Shown: positions 40,801-55,400, counted from the first letter of the stretch. The stretch: 64,000 bases of DNA from Orbicella franksi (GCA_964199315.1 OZ116698.1:19778001-19842000); one strand, 5' to 3'. The notes: generated by a model not told the origin, from the letters alone. A program made the numbers and translations.

Positions 40801-43160
40801 CAAGAGAGTCTAGAAGTCAGAAAACAGCCATTTATTACAAATCAGTTACCACCAAAACAATTCTTGAATCACTTTCTAAATACACTTGTAGGTAAGTACA
40901 AAATAAATACATCTAGGAATACGCAGGAATACGGAGGAATTAATTCATAATAGCTGTTTCTGATAAATTATATTGAGTGTTGTCAAACTACACATGTGAC
41001 AACATACAATCAAGCCTTATAGGTATTTTCCTTGTAAACTTGAGTAGTACCAGGAAATATGTTCTTGCAAACGAGAGAGCGTTGCAGCCGTCATTCAAAG
41101 TGATGATGTCCAGAACCTAAATTAAGATAGTCTCATTCAGCAAATTACGAGAGACACAGTATACTAGCTCTAGTATAGTACAAAGGAACCAAGTTACGCT
41201 AGTTGTGACAATAATTGGTTACCTAGTATCCTTTTAAATACCACAAACATTACCTGCTAGTAAGCAATGAATTACATGTACTTTGTACATCTGAGTATTA
41301 CAGATCACCTTCTTGTGGGTCACCTTGGCAGAAATAAAGTGATTCGATGATTTAAATCTGTTAAAATCCCTCAAGTCCAGATTTAAGGAACATCTCCACT
41401 TCTTTTTTCCATTCTAGCATTTCATTTGCGCTTTTCTACAATTTCTTGGCGTGACCTAATCCCTTCCAGATTGAATCATAACACACACCCACTACATGAC
41501 TAGTCTCCTTGACAGTTGTTATTTTGGCTGTCACACTATGGTTCTTGCCAAGCATTGCATGACAAGCCAAATAATGGCTCTGAGGGAAGCTACACACCCA
41601 CACCAAGAAACATATATGACAACATATCAAGTTTTTTAGCACTGTACCATGCATATAAATATTTATAAAAGCAATGTTCTTATGTAATATGTCAAACACG
41701 AAAGACCGTGTTTGACCACATTTCCAAACACTAGGGAGAGTTGAAAATACGATGCGTAGCAGAGTATTTTTGAAGAACTTCAAGGTGTTTGGAAATGTGA
41801 TCAAACACTGTCTTGAGTGTTTGATATATCTTCTCAATCGAAACTAAAATTAAGGAGAAAACAGAGAAATAAAATTGTAAAAATTCATGCTAATTAAGAT
41901 CGGATGTCCAAGCACTGTCACGGTCATGAACTCGATGATTATTATTCATGAGTTTGAGAAGAATATGGCATACATAAAATGTGCATATTACTGGCACAGT
42001 GTATCTATATGTTGTGTGTATGATTTAAGTACTATATGCATTATAGACTGAAATGAACAAGTCAATTACATTAGACAATACTAATAATTTAATAAAAACT
42101 TAAATTGTTACATAGAAGGGTAATCTTGCTGTAAATCTGAACTTTTTGATTGGATCTTTCTTGGTCAGGATTTTGCCATTAATGGACCGTTTCCGTGGTC
42201 ATAATAAAGCCATGTTTTTCTTGTTTTGGAAAGCCAGCAAATTCAAAATTTGCAACTAGAACTTCAAAATGAAAACATGTAAATACTCTCATTCTAGGAA
42301 ATGAGACAACGGTCTAGAAGATTGATATTTTACAGCGCTTACAACATGGATGAATAGGACGAATATTCACCGAGAGCAAATTTTAATATCCTAAAGATCT
42401 GGAAACTTCTGACGTAGACACTGAAACAAGCATGGCCCGAGTGCCATATTATAAACTACGTACTAACCTAGCTTACTCGAGCCATACTGGGGAATATTGG
42501 CCCTAGGTTGTTTTTGTACTGACTGAGTGCAGCAAAGTCTGATGTACTGCCACCACCTTGGGCCAATATTGGTATGAATGATGCATGAATGAATCATGTT
42601 ATGTATAGAAGTAAAAAAATATATTACTGTCATTATATACTTAAGTTAATCTTCGTTGTTTATTTACACTGTTTTTCTATTTTTGGTCACACATTAATAT
42701 AACCCCATAACAAAAATAAGCAATTGTACAGAAACATGTATGTTGCAGAGACTACAGACAATATGCAGTTTGGACATATTACAATACTATTTAAAGTTTA
42801 TAATCACATTTCTTTCAGTGATTTACAACACCCCCAAGTAGAATTGCAGTGCAAAATACTCCAAGAGCTATCAATAAACAGTAATGTGGTTTTGTAATGA
42901 AAAACCCCTGTTGTTTTATATTTATTAACTCTATCAGCAATTTTGTACAGGGCATGTGAAACCATAATATTAAATGAAATGTGATATCACCACTCAGGTC
43001 AAAGTGAAGAGAGAAGTTTAAACACTTACCGGTAACACCTAAGTAGCAGATTTTAAATAGTTAAAAATAGATTACATCCCCATTGAGTTCACAGGTCTAC
43101 ATGTACAGGCACATGACCACTACAGTGAACGTACAGGAAACAAAATGAATAAACAATATC

Positions 43161-43503
43161 ACAAGCTTTAACACTGTCACAGCGTCTTTCTCAAGTGAAT
43201 GCAGTGGGGATCTATTTGTCACATGACCTTGGGTGGAGGCATGTGCCAAAACATCCCTGTATACTGTAGGACCAGAAGTTCAAATCCACAGTCTCAATTG
43301 AGCACCAGGAACTTGCACAGAATTTCCAAGGCTTCGCAAATTCTCCTTCTGAAGTTGTTTTCTTCTCTAGCTATGACAGTCGCCTTACTCTCTTCCAATA
43401 GGGATGTTTTGGCACGTGACTTGGTTCACTCAAGCTCACGTGACTAATAGATTTCTGCCACATTCATTTGAGAAAGATACTGTGACAGTGTCGAAAGCTT
43501 GTA
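43161..43503. mobile_element. TIR element downstream of the HAD gene
   Basis: ~40-bp imperfect TIR ACAAGCTTT..ACACTGTCACAG..TCTTTCTCAA.TGAATG at both ends. Confidence 0.65.
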
Positions 43504-43657
43504 ATTGATAAAACATTGACTCTGTTTTCATATCTTGTTTCTTAAGTATTATGTCTACCACAGAGTCAGGAAACAATATTTTACTCAAAAATGTATAATG
43601 TTTGACCAGTGTGTTCCTTCATTATACACATATTCCAAAGCAAGAATAAATACGTAT

Positions 43658-44636
43658 CTACCTCTGTTCTAGTAGCTCATCAAGACTATCATCTCCCTTG
43701 ATAAGAAGTGCTTTCATTTTACAGCTCTGAGCCACTGAAATGTTTTCTTCATCATCATCCAAGAGAATAACCTCTTTTTTTTTAATCTTTACCTTGTGGT
43801 CTTTCTCAATTTGATTGCGCACGGATTCAATATGCTGTTGTTTTCCTGTGTGAAAAGGTTTACAAAACACAAGTAGCTGTAAGACCATTAATTCATAGCT
43901 GAGTATGTCACCTTAAGCTCTTGCCTTCTGTGAGCCATTGGCAAATACCCCACAATTCAGGCTATTTCAACAGAAAATTACAGCTACAATAGATTCAAAG
44001 ACCATGCCTATGCCCAGCCTCCCAACCCCCTCTGGTTTAACATTTATGTATACATGTTATTGTAGGTGCATAAGCATGCGCAAAAAAAATTACCCGCTTA
44101 CAGCAAAGATATCAATGACGTAACCTATTGTTATTACTATGTCAACCAGAGAATTACTGGCTGGTGAAACAAAAACAATGTTGTACAAAAATATCTTCCC
44201 TATACCGTGTGTTTGGAAAAAACATTGCTTCAGCGGCAGTAGAGCTTATACTTACATACAATAAATAAAAGCACATAGATTTAAGCTTAACAGATGTACC
44301 TTCCTTGGTGACTCCTTTCACTTCTTTCCACTTCCCATCTGTCCCTCTATAATGAATTCGACTAGTGTCACAATCAGGCAAAGCCTGCTCTAAAACTTCA
44401 CGAATAAGAGGAATTTGCGGTGAATGAGTCACAACAGCAACTTGTAGATCACTACTATTCAACATTGCCATGAAGAACTGCTTGAAAGATGGTCGTACAC
44501 GAGAAACCAAGCTTTTGCTTGTGAACTGCCAATTGCCTCGCGTGTGAATATTGATAATCGTTTGATCAAAGTCCACCGCTACTAACTTGATACTCAGCGA
44601 TAATAGCTTTTGCACCATACTGGAATATTTGTCCAT
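43658..44636 (-). CDS. Small HAD-superfamily phosphatase-like protein, 174 aa, 2 exons
   Basis: Exons 44636-44300 and 43845-43658 join in phase 1. HAD motif I DFDQT, motif II VVTHS, motif III Lys (EGKQQH), motif IV LLDDD. Confidence 0.8.
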
Positions 44637-46194
44637 CTTCTAACTGCTCCCGCCGTTTATAACTGCTCTCGTTGTTTTGAGGTTTCGTGTGTCCTCTCGT
44701 GTGTCCTCTCGTGTTTTCGTGTTCCTTGACAACCTCTGAGCAATCGAACATTTGGATCAGCGATAAAAATGAAATGGAGTGATATGGTATATAATACACA
44801 TATAGTGTAACATACAAGTCGATTGAGATTATGGTAAGGGAATTACCAAAGGAAATTTCCGAAAAAAGCGAAATTGTTGAGTTTCCGAATTGCAAATTTT
44901 TCTACCGAAAATTTCGGAATTCCTGGGAGAATAGTCAAATGAAACGGAAATATTCAGGAAGAAAAATTAGAAAATTAATTTGGGTATACCTAGCTCTCTT
45001 CCGGAAATTCAGAAGATTGTTCATTCGCCCATGTAAATTTGCTTTTGATCATATTTTAACACCAGAACAACTACCTTGAGCAAATAAAGTAAATAAGCAA
45101 ATAAATAAATAAATTAATTAATTAATAAACGGATAGATAAATAAAACCAAACTAAAATAATGATAAATCATTCTTTCAGTATCGAATTGATTCAGTGCTA
45201 TTTGATTCAAAGTTCAAGTTAATCAAGTAACCGATTAATAGAATCGAACATCGCTTACAATAACTAAAGATATAATTTTTTACTGTCTTGCTCTTCTTGA
45301 GCTCTTCCTACCAGAATTATTTCACTTCCAAATCGTTTAAGAAGTTACCAACATCGTATAAGACGTTGCCAACAACGACACATTTTCAAAAACGTGTCAG
45401 TCACTTGTTTATACTTTTCATAACTTACCCCAGTGGGATTCAAATCCTTATAAGGAAACAAAGTCACACACAGCCTGGAAGAATTTACCCTTTGATCAGG
45501 TCATGTCAAGTGACCCAAGAGTAAACTGTGTTGCTTGTTTTCCTGAATCGCTCTTTAATATGATTTACTTGTTTCATAAAACAAAAACACAAATAAATCC
45601 TAAATCCTTACGATACGGATAAATTAGACGCTTGCGAAATCAGCGAACGTGTTGAAATATTGATTTTCTAAATGAGAAAAATTGTTCAGCTGTAAAGTTT
45701 GCAGGAAACCTGTGCAGAGCTGTTAGCCAATCTCAGAAAGCTATGAAATCACGTGAGACGAGCGACAACGTGGCGCGAATTTCAAGTTTTGTTGTTCAAC
45801 TTTGGGGAGGAAGTGCCGGGAAACTCGTGTTTCGTACAACACGAAATAGGTAAATTATTTACCATTTCTGAATTTCTTAGCATCTCGCTAGCTAGTCAGT
45901 GAAAGGAGTAGTACATTTTTTTGCTGACTTCAAGGGAAAAGTGAAAAAGTTTGAAGAAGAACATTATTAGCTGAAGCGGTGTGACATTCAAACATGAATA
46001 ATTCACGAGCCGTTTGTCTTATTTCTGCAATTATTCAAGACACCGGAAAGGTAAGCTTTGCTTCTCACAATAAGCTAAACAGTGTGTTTTATCGGAAGTA
46101 TTCTTCAAGCGGTGGGTTGATAAAAAGTGCCTTAAATTTGCAGCACAACAGGATATTTTTACTTTTATCTTACATCTGCTTACATGCAAATCGT

Positions 46195-46371
46195 ATAGAG
46201 CGTTTTCAGTCACGTGACCAGCAGCCATGCAAATTTATTCGAACAAAAGAAACTGTTTACATAAGAAAAGAGTTGAACTCCCAAAGGATTGGTTTGGTAC
46301 ACCGAACATGGCCGCCGTTTCACTGTTTTGGAACACCAATATGGCTGCCGTGACGTCATGCGAAAACTCTC
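46195..46371. mobile_element. MITE
   Basis: Termini AGAGCGTTTTCAGTCACGTGAC / GTGACGTCATGCGAAAACTCTCT, with an internal ACAC.AA.ATGGC.GCCGT duplication. Confidence 0.55.
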
Positions 46372-49300
46372 TTTTGGGAAGTTATTTGTTTACAAACATT
46401 GTTTTTGTCATTTAAATGTTCAAAACGTTAAACAAAAGAACTCTTTGTTTCACCGACCAATAGTTCTCTGGCTGGCATATTAATAACGATAGGTGACGTC
46501 ACTGATATCTTTGCTATTGTTTCTTTGCGCAATTTTCGTGCGTCGTCGGCTATACCATAAAGAATGAAAGGGAATTCTATTTTGGAACTTTTATTTCATT
46601 TTAACTAGACGCTAAGAAGTTAAGAAAAAAATTGGCGAAGAATTACCTAACTGCACATTGAAGATATCACAAACAAGCGAAACTTGCTTCTTGCTTTTTG
46701 CTTCTTCTAAATTCGAGGTTAAATAAAGTATATGTATGTATGTATGTATGCTAGAACTTAAAACCCGAAAATTCAGACTAGAATATGTGTTTCATGCATG
46801 ATGTTAAAGTTAAGGGAAAAAATACAGCTACTTACTCTTGCGTCGAAATTAAACTTTCATACACTAGGTCAAATATTTTTCGAGGAAATTTGTTACATCA
46901 AATTAGATAGACCAGATTCCCTGAGAAGACTGCCGTCTTGCATATATTTATTTTCTGTATTTTTTTTTTTTCAGTCATTGTCAAGATTTAAAATTTACAG
47001 ACAAATACATGAAATGGTGAAATAGAATTGATTGTTTAGCTTCTCGTACAACGTAGAGGGATTTTAAGATATTAGTAATTATTTCATTTCCTCAAAGTTT
47101 TTACGCCTAAAAAAGGTGAACGCAAATAAATTAATTATCCTTTCGGTTTCTCCAACAGATGTACAACCGTCGTCGTCCTTCATATACAGTCTGGTCAGAA
47201 ACGTCATCTTTTAGCTACATCTACCCTGCTCAATTACTCTCAAGAATTACAACCTTGTGGTGGTAGTGGTTGGTGAAATTCTTTGTGGGTAGGGGGGAAG
47301 GGTTAATTATGTAGAGCTCTGGATAAACCTTACATTCAGACATAAATATATAAACGTTCGGATTCGGCTGCACATAATTTAGATTACAACTTAATTTTCC
47401 CTTGGAGTCTGGTATGTGACTCCCCTAAGATTTCCTGGGTTCGGTACTTTTTCGATTCGGCTTTCGATGTAATTGTTTCGGCCAAATCTCGTCACTGTTC
47501 GTCGTCGCCGTCCGGTCTGGCTTCGGCTTCAGAGCGATCTCCCGCCTAGCTAGCACTGTGACATCGGTAATTTTTATTTCTTTCAAGTTCTCCTTTATAA
47601 CAGTTATTGCTCTGTAATTTAGAAGAACTATTCGGCAAGGTTTATCCAGATAATTAAGTGAGGTAACTATTTTACTATTGGAGAGGAGGCAAGTTTAAGT
47701 TTCTCCTTACTAGTTAAATAATATATTTCTAGTTAATGTAGTTCTGGGATTGAAGGGACATTGCACACACCTTAGTTAGCTGTCTTACAAACAGCCCGCG
47801 AGAAGGAATCTACCATGAAGAGACGGATCGCATATAGAATCAAAGTGGACATAGTCAGTTCATAGGATTAGGAAGTATGTGGGGAAGCTCATCTCACAAG
47901 CCCAGAAGTTTTAACACCTAGGCAGCTACAGGTTTGTCTGTTTGTTTATTCTGCTTTGTGGGGTGAGCCTACTCAATCAAGTCCTGCATTGCACCCCCAA
48001 CAGCCATTCGTAAAGTAGAAAAGTGGGGGAAAGTTCAACTTTACACAGAGCCGCATTTCTCCAATAATAGTCTCGACTTTCCATGATTAAACGCGCATCC
48101 TCAAAACGCAAACGAGAAAAGCGCGCACGTTGCAAAAGACTTGTACACAGACAGGCCACGCAGACAAGGAAAGTGCGCTCGTGCCAGTCTCATCTCCCAA
48201 TAACGTTAATCGCACTTCATCTATCCAAAAAAGGGTCAAGTTGTTGATAGTTCCACCTCGCAAACAATCGCATCTCTTCAGCTATATCTTCAACTCACAT
48301 CAAGCTCCGTATTACACAACGGCAGGATCAGTTCAGGAAATTTCGGTGTTGTACGCAGCCGGATCTCTCCAGTTGTATCCTCGAATTACTTGAAGCGGAT
48401 CCATCTACACAACTTAAAAACAAGTTGAGGAACTTTTACATCAAGCGCGCTCCATTCATCTAGCTAGTGAAGAGTCGAAATGTCAACAGTTCCGCCCTGT
48501 GCACAGCCACGTCTTCTTCAATTACATCCTTGTCTTCATTTAGGTACACTCCATCGATCTATTATAAGAAAAGTCAGGGGTAGTCGATCCTCACACCCAG
48601 GCTCTACTCTTCAATTGTACCCGCGTTTAACGCTTGTGCTTGGTCGAGTGTGCACGTGCACTATCCATTCAGCAAGAAGACAGGAAACGTGCAGATGGTT
48701 CTCCGTCAACGTAATTAACTTTACGAGGCTCTATTCATCCAGTGGGAATACAAGTATTTGGAATGTCAGCCTCATATCCAGGAATGGCACCTGGTGATAT
48801 TTGCGCACTTTCCATTACCCTGGGGGGTACGGCACTTGTGGTCAACTCAGCACCTAGTGGTAAACACACTCAGGAAGCCTTTTCGTAGAAAGAGGTTTGT
48901 TGATTATTTTATTTATTATGTTTTTTTGCTGTGAGCAAGATCATCATGGCGCTTTAAAGTTCAATTTGAAACTCGTATATCTGAGTAAAAAACTTCATCA
49001 GGGAGACGTTATGTTGGTTTAGATCAGGTAAGTTAGGATCAGGTAATACTAGGCTTCCACACTTATAGGGAATTTCTTCTTTTTTGTATAAATTGGATCG
49101 ATTGGTTTAACACTGTTACGTTGTGGGTCTTTCGCCGTTTGCTTTCTCTATTTTTTTTTACTCAGGAAAAGAGCTTGAGGACCCCTTGAGGGACGGAGAG
49201 AGACGAATTACTAAGCCCTAAGGTGGACGGGAAGACCAATGGTGACGATTAACTTGGCTGGCCCGGTACCCAAGTACAAAGGTGACGTGATTTCTATCTC

Positions 49301-49662
49301 ATACTTTAGGATAGTAATGTTCTTAGTCAGCTAAAATCTAGAATGGTAAATGCAAAACAACTACAGGATTTCAAACCTTTAAGAAATACCCTCAGTCAGT
49401 TCCTTGAGGGACGGAGAGCAGCGTTGGGTTACCAATTAAAGAAAGATCGGCGATAAATCTCAAGCAGTTTAAGACCCACATACGGAGGCTAGATCTAGAC
49501 AACATCTTAGATGGATATTGTGGCTGCCATCTTTGTAACTCATAATTTTAATTTCTCTTATAAGACTTTTCTGCATATTATTTTTAGATAGTTCTAGTTA
49601 GGTGTCCCCTATTAACAGTAGGGATTCTCCACTGCTAAATGTAATCGACACGGTAATAAAGT

Positions 49663-49667
49663 CATTA

Positions 49668-49714
<47 letters not shown>

Positions 49715-49715
49715 G
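49663..49715. repeat. (TAT)n microsatellite
   Basis: Long run of TTA/TAT trinucleotides. Confidence 0.9.
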
Positions 49716-50941
49716 AGGAGCTGAACTTAACAGGCCATGCTTCAGGTTAGTTCTTCTTTCTATCTTACGCTTTCTTAATATGATAATATCCTCAGGTATT
49801 AGATTCTACATTAGTAAATGCAAAACAACTACAGTAATAAAATTCTTTGGACAGTGCTCTCATTCAGTTTCTTGCAGGTCGGAGAACAACGCAGGGCTAA
49901 GCTCGAAGATGGACCGGGTGCATGACATATGGAAGAAGCGAACCCTTGGCATGCCCAGTAGCCCAGGTCATTTCCATATCATGTTTTTTCGTGTAGTAAT
50001 GTGTAGCTACGCTGCTCGTTTTCATTTTACAAGTTTCCACCTTACATTGCGGCATTTTCAACATTTTTTGATGAAAAGAAAAGAAATATATTTAGTGAGT
50101 GTGTTCATCTCAAACAAGTCCAATCTTGTTGAAGACACCATCTTATTTCATTGTTTACCAGCTTGCCCTTTTCAGGCGTTCGTTTAGTTGGGGAACAGCG
50201 CGAAAAACGGCGAGAAAAAACCTAGAAGAGGGGTTCGGCGTGGAAAAGGTTTGCTGGGTTCGGCCTGTTTTGCGATTCGACTTGCGATGGCAATTTTGTC
50301 CCCGCTTTATACCATCACAGGGGCAGGCGAAAATTGAACTAAATAAATAAATTACTTGAAGTAAACGAATAACAAATAAACAACCAAGCAACAAATAAAT
50401 CAATAAAAAAGTAAACAACCAAATAACCATATAACACTAAAAAAATAACAAATAAACCAACAGATTACTCAATAAACAAATGCAAATAAATAACTCAACT
50501 CAATAAATGAACCCAATATGATACACGTACCGTTTAAAGCGGCTGACGCAAATACGTTTAACACGTATTTTCGCTTTTCTCTGACTGTTGTTTTTATGAA
50601 ACAGGGACTTTCATAAGAGTACCCAGGTTTGCGATTGACTTTGGGAAGCAGTGACTCCTGTGAACATTAATGCATCTCTCACTGGTCACCTCTGTTTCGA
50701 TGACTAACAATTGTTGTGATATACTTTGCGTTAGGATTTGTGCAAATGGTTTTCAAGATGGTTAATATTCTTTTTTCGTTTGGCGTGTTGCTTGCTTGTG
50801 TTTTCTTCTGTTTTATTCGTTGCAGTAAAGTCAAAGAAATTCGGATTGGGCAAACTGAGACAAAGGGATTACAGCTGACAGTTTTTCATTTCTGAGATAC
50901 CTAGCCATTTATCAAGTCGACGCCGATAAAGGTAAATCAAC

Positions 50942-51117
50942 CAGGAGAGTAGCCAGGATTTTTCAAAGGGGGAGGGGGGGAGGTCACGCTGTGTAAAAGT
51001 GAGGGTACTCACTAGATTGTCACGTCGTTTTCGCCGCCCGTTGTAGGTTGTTTGTTTAAAAAAGGCTTACAAAAGGGGGAGGCATGGGAACCCCAGGACC
51101 CGCTAGCTACGTCCCTG
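50942..51117. mobile_element. hAT-type MITE with 8-bp target-site duplication
   Basis: Imperfect TIR CAGGAGAGTAGC / GCTACGTCCCTG flanked on both sides by AAATCAAC (50934-50941 and 51118-51125). Confidence 0.8.
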
Positions 51118-51691
51118 AAATCAACCAACGTGGCGAGTTTTTGCTACTAATAAACCTAGCCTCAGAGCTGTTGCTGAAGTTACATTTGGTTTGTTATTTG
51201 ATGTTAAGTGTTAATAATTAAAATATCTTACTCCACCACCAACATTCTCTAATGACTTTTACGACTTTTGTTTTACTTTGTAGTCAGCCACCCGTGCTTT
51301 TTGTCTCGTCAAACCTCGCACTAGCTTCAGAGAGAAGGGGGCAACCATGCACAGCCGTGCTACGTTACTAAAGCTTCGATTTGAGGCCCTGCGAGGATGG
51401 TGAGTGTGTTCATTATATTTCATTGCGTTGCTGGATGGCCTCACTTTTGATCCAAAAACAGGTTTTGGGGTGTAAGGGGTATTACTTTGAATTTTATGAG
51501 ACGTCCACGTTGCTACTGGACCCAAGGTGGGCCTTGAACATGTGCTGTGACATTGAGAACTTAACTACTCTCCATTGTCCTCGCGGCTTTCCCTCGTTAA
51601 ATATCCTGCCGCTGAAACAAGGCACTCTTTCGCGAGAAATTCCCACAAGCTACAAGGGCTATGTTACGGAAATAAATCTCTTTTTGCTTCT

Positions 51692-52492
51692 AGGGGTGGT
51701 GAATGGTAAATGCGAGACTTTGCGAGAGCGGCGCTTTTCTTTACGGGCCCGAGACCAGAGAGACCAGCGAGAGACCAGAGAGACCAGAGACCAGCGCTTT
51801 TCTTTACGAGCCCGAAAAATATTGACTTTATAGATCGCGAGCGTGAGGAGCTCAGACTCTTAAAATTCGAGCCCCAGATTTAGTTGAGAGCTATAAGAAT
51901 GAGCGAGAATGAGCTTGTACAGAAGTCTTACAAAGGAGCTTTTTCTCGTAAATACTTGTGCCTTTACACAGTTCCACAGGGGACAACAGATAAGTTCTTC
52001 GACTTCGTGGGTTTCATCATGAGCTATCGTGGGCTGTGTGTGGCTTCTTGATTCCCCTTTTAGCCTTTTGGCCAGCCTTTGCGAACAAGCTGGAACTGGA
52101 AATTCGACTATAACACACTACGTTAGGATATCCTAAAACAAACTAACTGGTTTTTTGGCGCCAAAATGACGTTGCGGTAAGTTTTGTAGCTTTTTGTGGA
52201 ATTCAGACAATTTGGCAGAAGTTAGGATTAACTTTTTCTCGGAAATTTGAAAGTTGCTTTATTGAAATTCAATATCAAGTGACGAGAAGACGTCTTTTAT
52301 TAAAACAAACAAACGAATCGGAACTTTGAAACCCTTAACCTTGATAAAAGTCGAGACTCCGAGAGAACTTCGTATAAAAATCGAGACTGCGAAACACACA
52401 TAACCGCTAAAAAAAAGGAGACTGCGAGACCCGTGAAATTCGACTAAAATTTTGCGAGACCCAGAGTTTTTGAAGGACCATTCGCCACCCCT
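51692..52492. mobile_element. 801-bp non-autonomous TIR element with apparent 6-bp TSD
   Basis: TIR AGGGGTGG(T/C)GAATGGT at both ends, flanked by GCTTCT (51686-51691 and 52493-52498); many subterminal GAGAC motifs. Confidence 0.7.
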
Positions 52493-55400
52493 GCTTCTGC
52501 GTGCCACAAATGCGCACAAAAATTTCAGCAAGGGCCATGTACTCAGAGGCCCCTCAAACTATTGTCAGCCACAAGTATTTTTTATTTTGTTTTCAACTTG
52601 CATCCCCAATGATATGCTAAATGTAGCAGCGTATTACCAAGGCGACTGCAAATAATGCACGCAACGTTGCATGAAGCGGCTGAAGCGTGTGTCCCAAAAG
52701 GACAGTGTTATTTCAGTCACCTATTCTCCTTCTCTTTTGCTGCGTCAATTTTATACATGGATTATTTGTGCACTCTCTTAAACGGACAATCTTGTATCCT
52801 CTTACCTTTTCGGGTATAGCCCGCAGAAAAAAAGCATAAAGAAGAAAAGATAGTTTAAATCCACTGACTGAAGCTGGATCTTTACGACCTCTTGTCAGTC
52901 TCCTTGTATGAGCAGTTTCATATTATAATGAAAGCAGTTACAGAAGACACTCATTTAATTACTGGACCTTCGTCATCTAAATGCGTTGAAATTAAAGTCA
53001 CGTTTTACTGAACCCGATCGTCGATAGACTTGTGACTGTCTACTGATGAATCTGCCAATATTTATGTTTAGCCGCCATAATAGTTTTCATAGTATAATGT
53101 AAGTTAGCCACGCGTTCTCGAACCAAACTATAAAGATGACTTAACAGAGGAGTTACGTCACCGCGAAAAGGGCCTTTTCCCGTAATGTACAAGAATGCCT
53201 TCAATCTTGAGGAGGCCTAAAAGTAATAGTATGCAAAGATAGCATTATAGAGGCCCTTTGCTCCAACTATCCGAGGAGTCTAAAGGAATAGACAAACAAA
53301 CAAAGCAGAAAAATAACCGAGAGGTGTTAAAAACCAAGAAGTGCGACTGAGAAAGATTGACATGAAATGGATTGTAATTGACAAACTTAAAAAAATTAGA
53401 CGAAAATAATTTTAAAGATGTGCCATCTGTGAGATAGCACCTTTAAAGAAAAACACATCATCAATAATTAGAGCGCAAGCTCGCAATACGGAAGTCTCGT
53501 CGTGCATGCTAACCGCATTGCAGTTGGATTAATCAATTTAGTCGAACATTTTGGCTCCCATCGCGGAATGGGTACTTTAATTTCGTGCGCTTAGTTTGTG
53601 TTCGGTAGACTTAAAGATTGTTGAACTTTGGCATTCTTGTTGAGAGAAGGACTTAGTTATGTAGCATCAATTTATTTAGTCAGAGGGAACAAGTCGCATT
53701 GGGATGACTTCGATCTTGTGTCGTCGTGTTAAAAATGTCAGTCATCATTTGGACTTGTTCGCCGGTTGACAAACTAATTTGTCTCGATATGTCTCGATGA
53801 ATAATAAACAAAATTTTAGCCCGGGGTCGGGATTTCAACATACGATTCAAACGCCTGCAGTTAGAACATCTCAATTCTCAATTGCTCAGCTAATCCTAAT
53901 CTTAATCATTAACGCTATGCTATATAACCTCCTCTTCTTTTATCCTGGGTTTAGATGTTTCAACTATAGCCGGTTGAGTATTTGGGGCGTGAAAGGAAAC
54001 TCTGTTTGCCTTTGTGGCTTCGCCAGAGCTGAGTGCCAAACTTCAAACAGGTACATTAATTTCACATGCATTTAGTATATGTATTGGAACTGTACATTTT
54101 CTTTGAATTTGGAAATATTTCGATGAAGAAAATTCCGAAGCTTGCCAAAATCGATTTTTATTGATTTTTTACATTCAATTATTTCCAAATTGGATTAGGG
54201 TGAAGTAATAGTAGTGTTGGTCTAATTCTGCTCTTGGAACTGTCCAAATTACTATAGGTTAATTTGGAAACGTACAAATATCAAGTTTTCCCAATGGCTA
54301 TTATCGCTGTTGTTAAAGGTCTACTTGGGAATAGTATAGAAGGACGAACACGCTAAGCAGCACTCATATTGTTTTTTTAAATTTCGACCTCCTATGAGGA
54401 ACATATGCTGCCAGTTCAGAGACCAAAATTTAGGCGGGCCGGAAGGGGTAATTTTTGGCCCAATATCCAGTATCCCTTAATGGCTCAAACACAAACAAGT
54501 TTCCTACTCAAAATTGCGGGATATCTGTTCTAAATAAATTTTTTACCTTACAATATCCTGTATCCCGAAAACCCCTAATAGGGCGTCAGTTGAAGTCGGG
54601 GTAATCGAATAAATGACCTTTGTCATAAATCACTCCATCCGCCGTGTTTGTCCACCATCCATTTTCCTTAATACAATTCAAACTGTGACTGTGCAAGGTG
54701 CATAATTTTGAAGCTGCCAACCTGGATAAAACTATTTGAGATGATTCGAAAAAAAAATACCTTCATTCTCCTGCTGTACTGACTAAATTCCAAAACGTAA
54801 AGAAATGTTGGCGTACATTTGTTTTAAAAACAATTAAACACGGGGTCTTAAGCGTTCAGCGCGTGTTCTTAAAGGTATTGAATTTCTGGCTAAACATTCG
54901 CTTTTCCTAATGTCCGTATTTCAGTGTTTTGGAGCTGGTTTAGTTTAATCTCGTTTTTATTAAAAAGCATTCACCCTTTCAGTCGGAATTACGGGTTCTT
55001 TTGAAAGGGAACTACGAAATAGACCCTTCTTTAGAATAAGGTCTTGTCCAGAAACACATTCCGCTGAAAAATTGTAAAGTCAAAAGGGCAAATCTAAGGA
55101 GTTCTATTTTTCAAAGAAATCAAGGGCTGAAACTGTAGGAAGCAGAGCATCAGTCGTTCCTCCCAGTTTCGTTCATCAATCATCGTTCGTTCGTTTTCTG
55201 TTAAACAACACTAGCAATGATCATTTTAAAATGCTTCTTTATTGCGGAAAAATGCTGACTAAAAAAACTACAACATTGTGTCAAATTATAAATGAAGAAT
55301 TTTGCGAAAAGTTTTTTTATGAAAACTACTCCAGTCCTAACATATGTTAACATCATTTAAAGAATATCACAATGAAATTTCGCGGTTAACATGGCCAAAA

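Noticed and set aside
39984-40895. ORFs of 87 and 107 aa
   Set aside because: They fall within interspersed repeats and carry no recognisable protein motif.
50746-54050. Signal-peptide-like ORF (MVFKMVNILFSFGVLLACVFFCFIRC..., stop at 50893) and exon-like pieces at ~51325-51530 and ~53955-54050
   Set aside because: No phase-consistent, stop-free gene model could be built and no domain was recognised. Could be a pseudogene or lncRNA, but unsupported.
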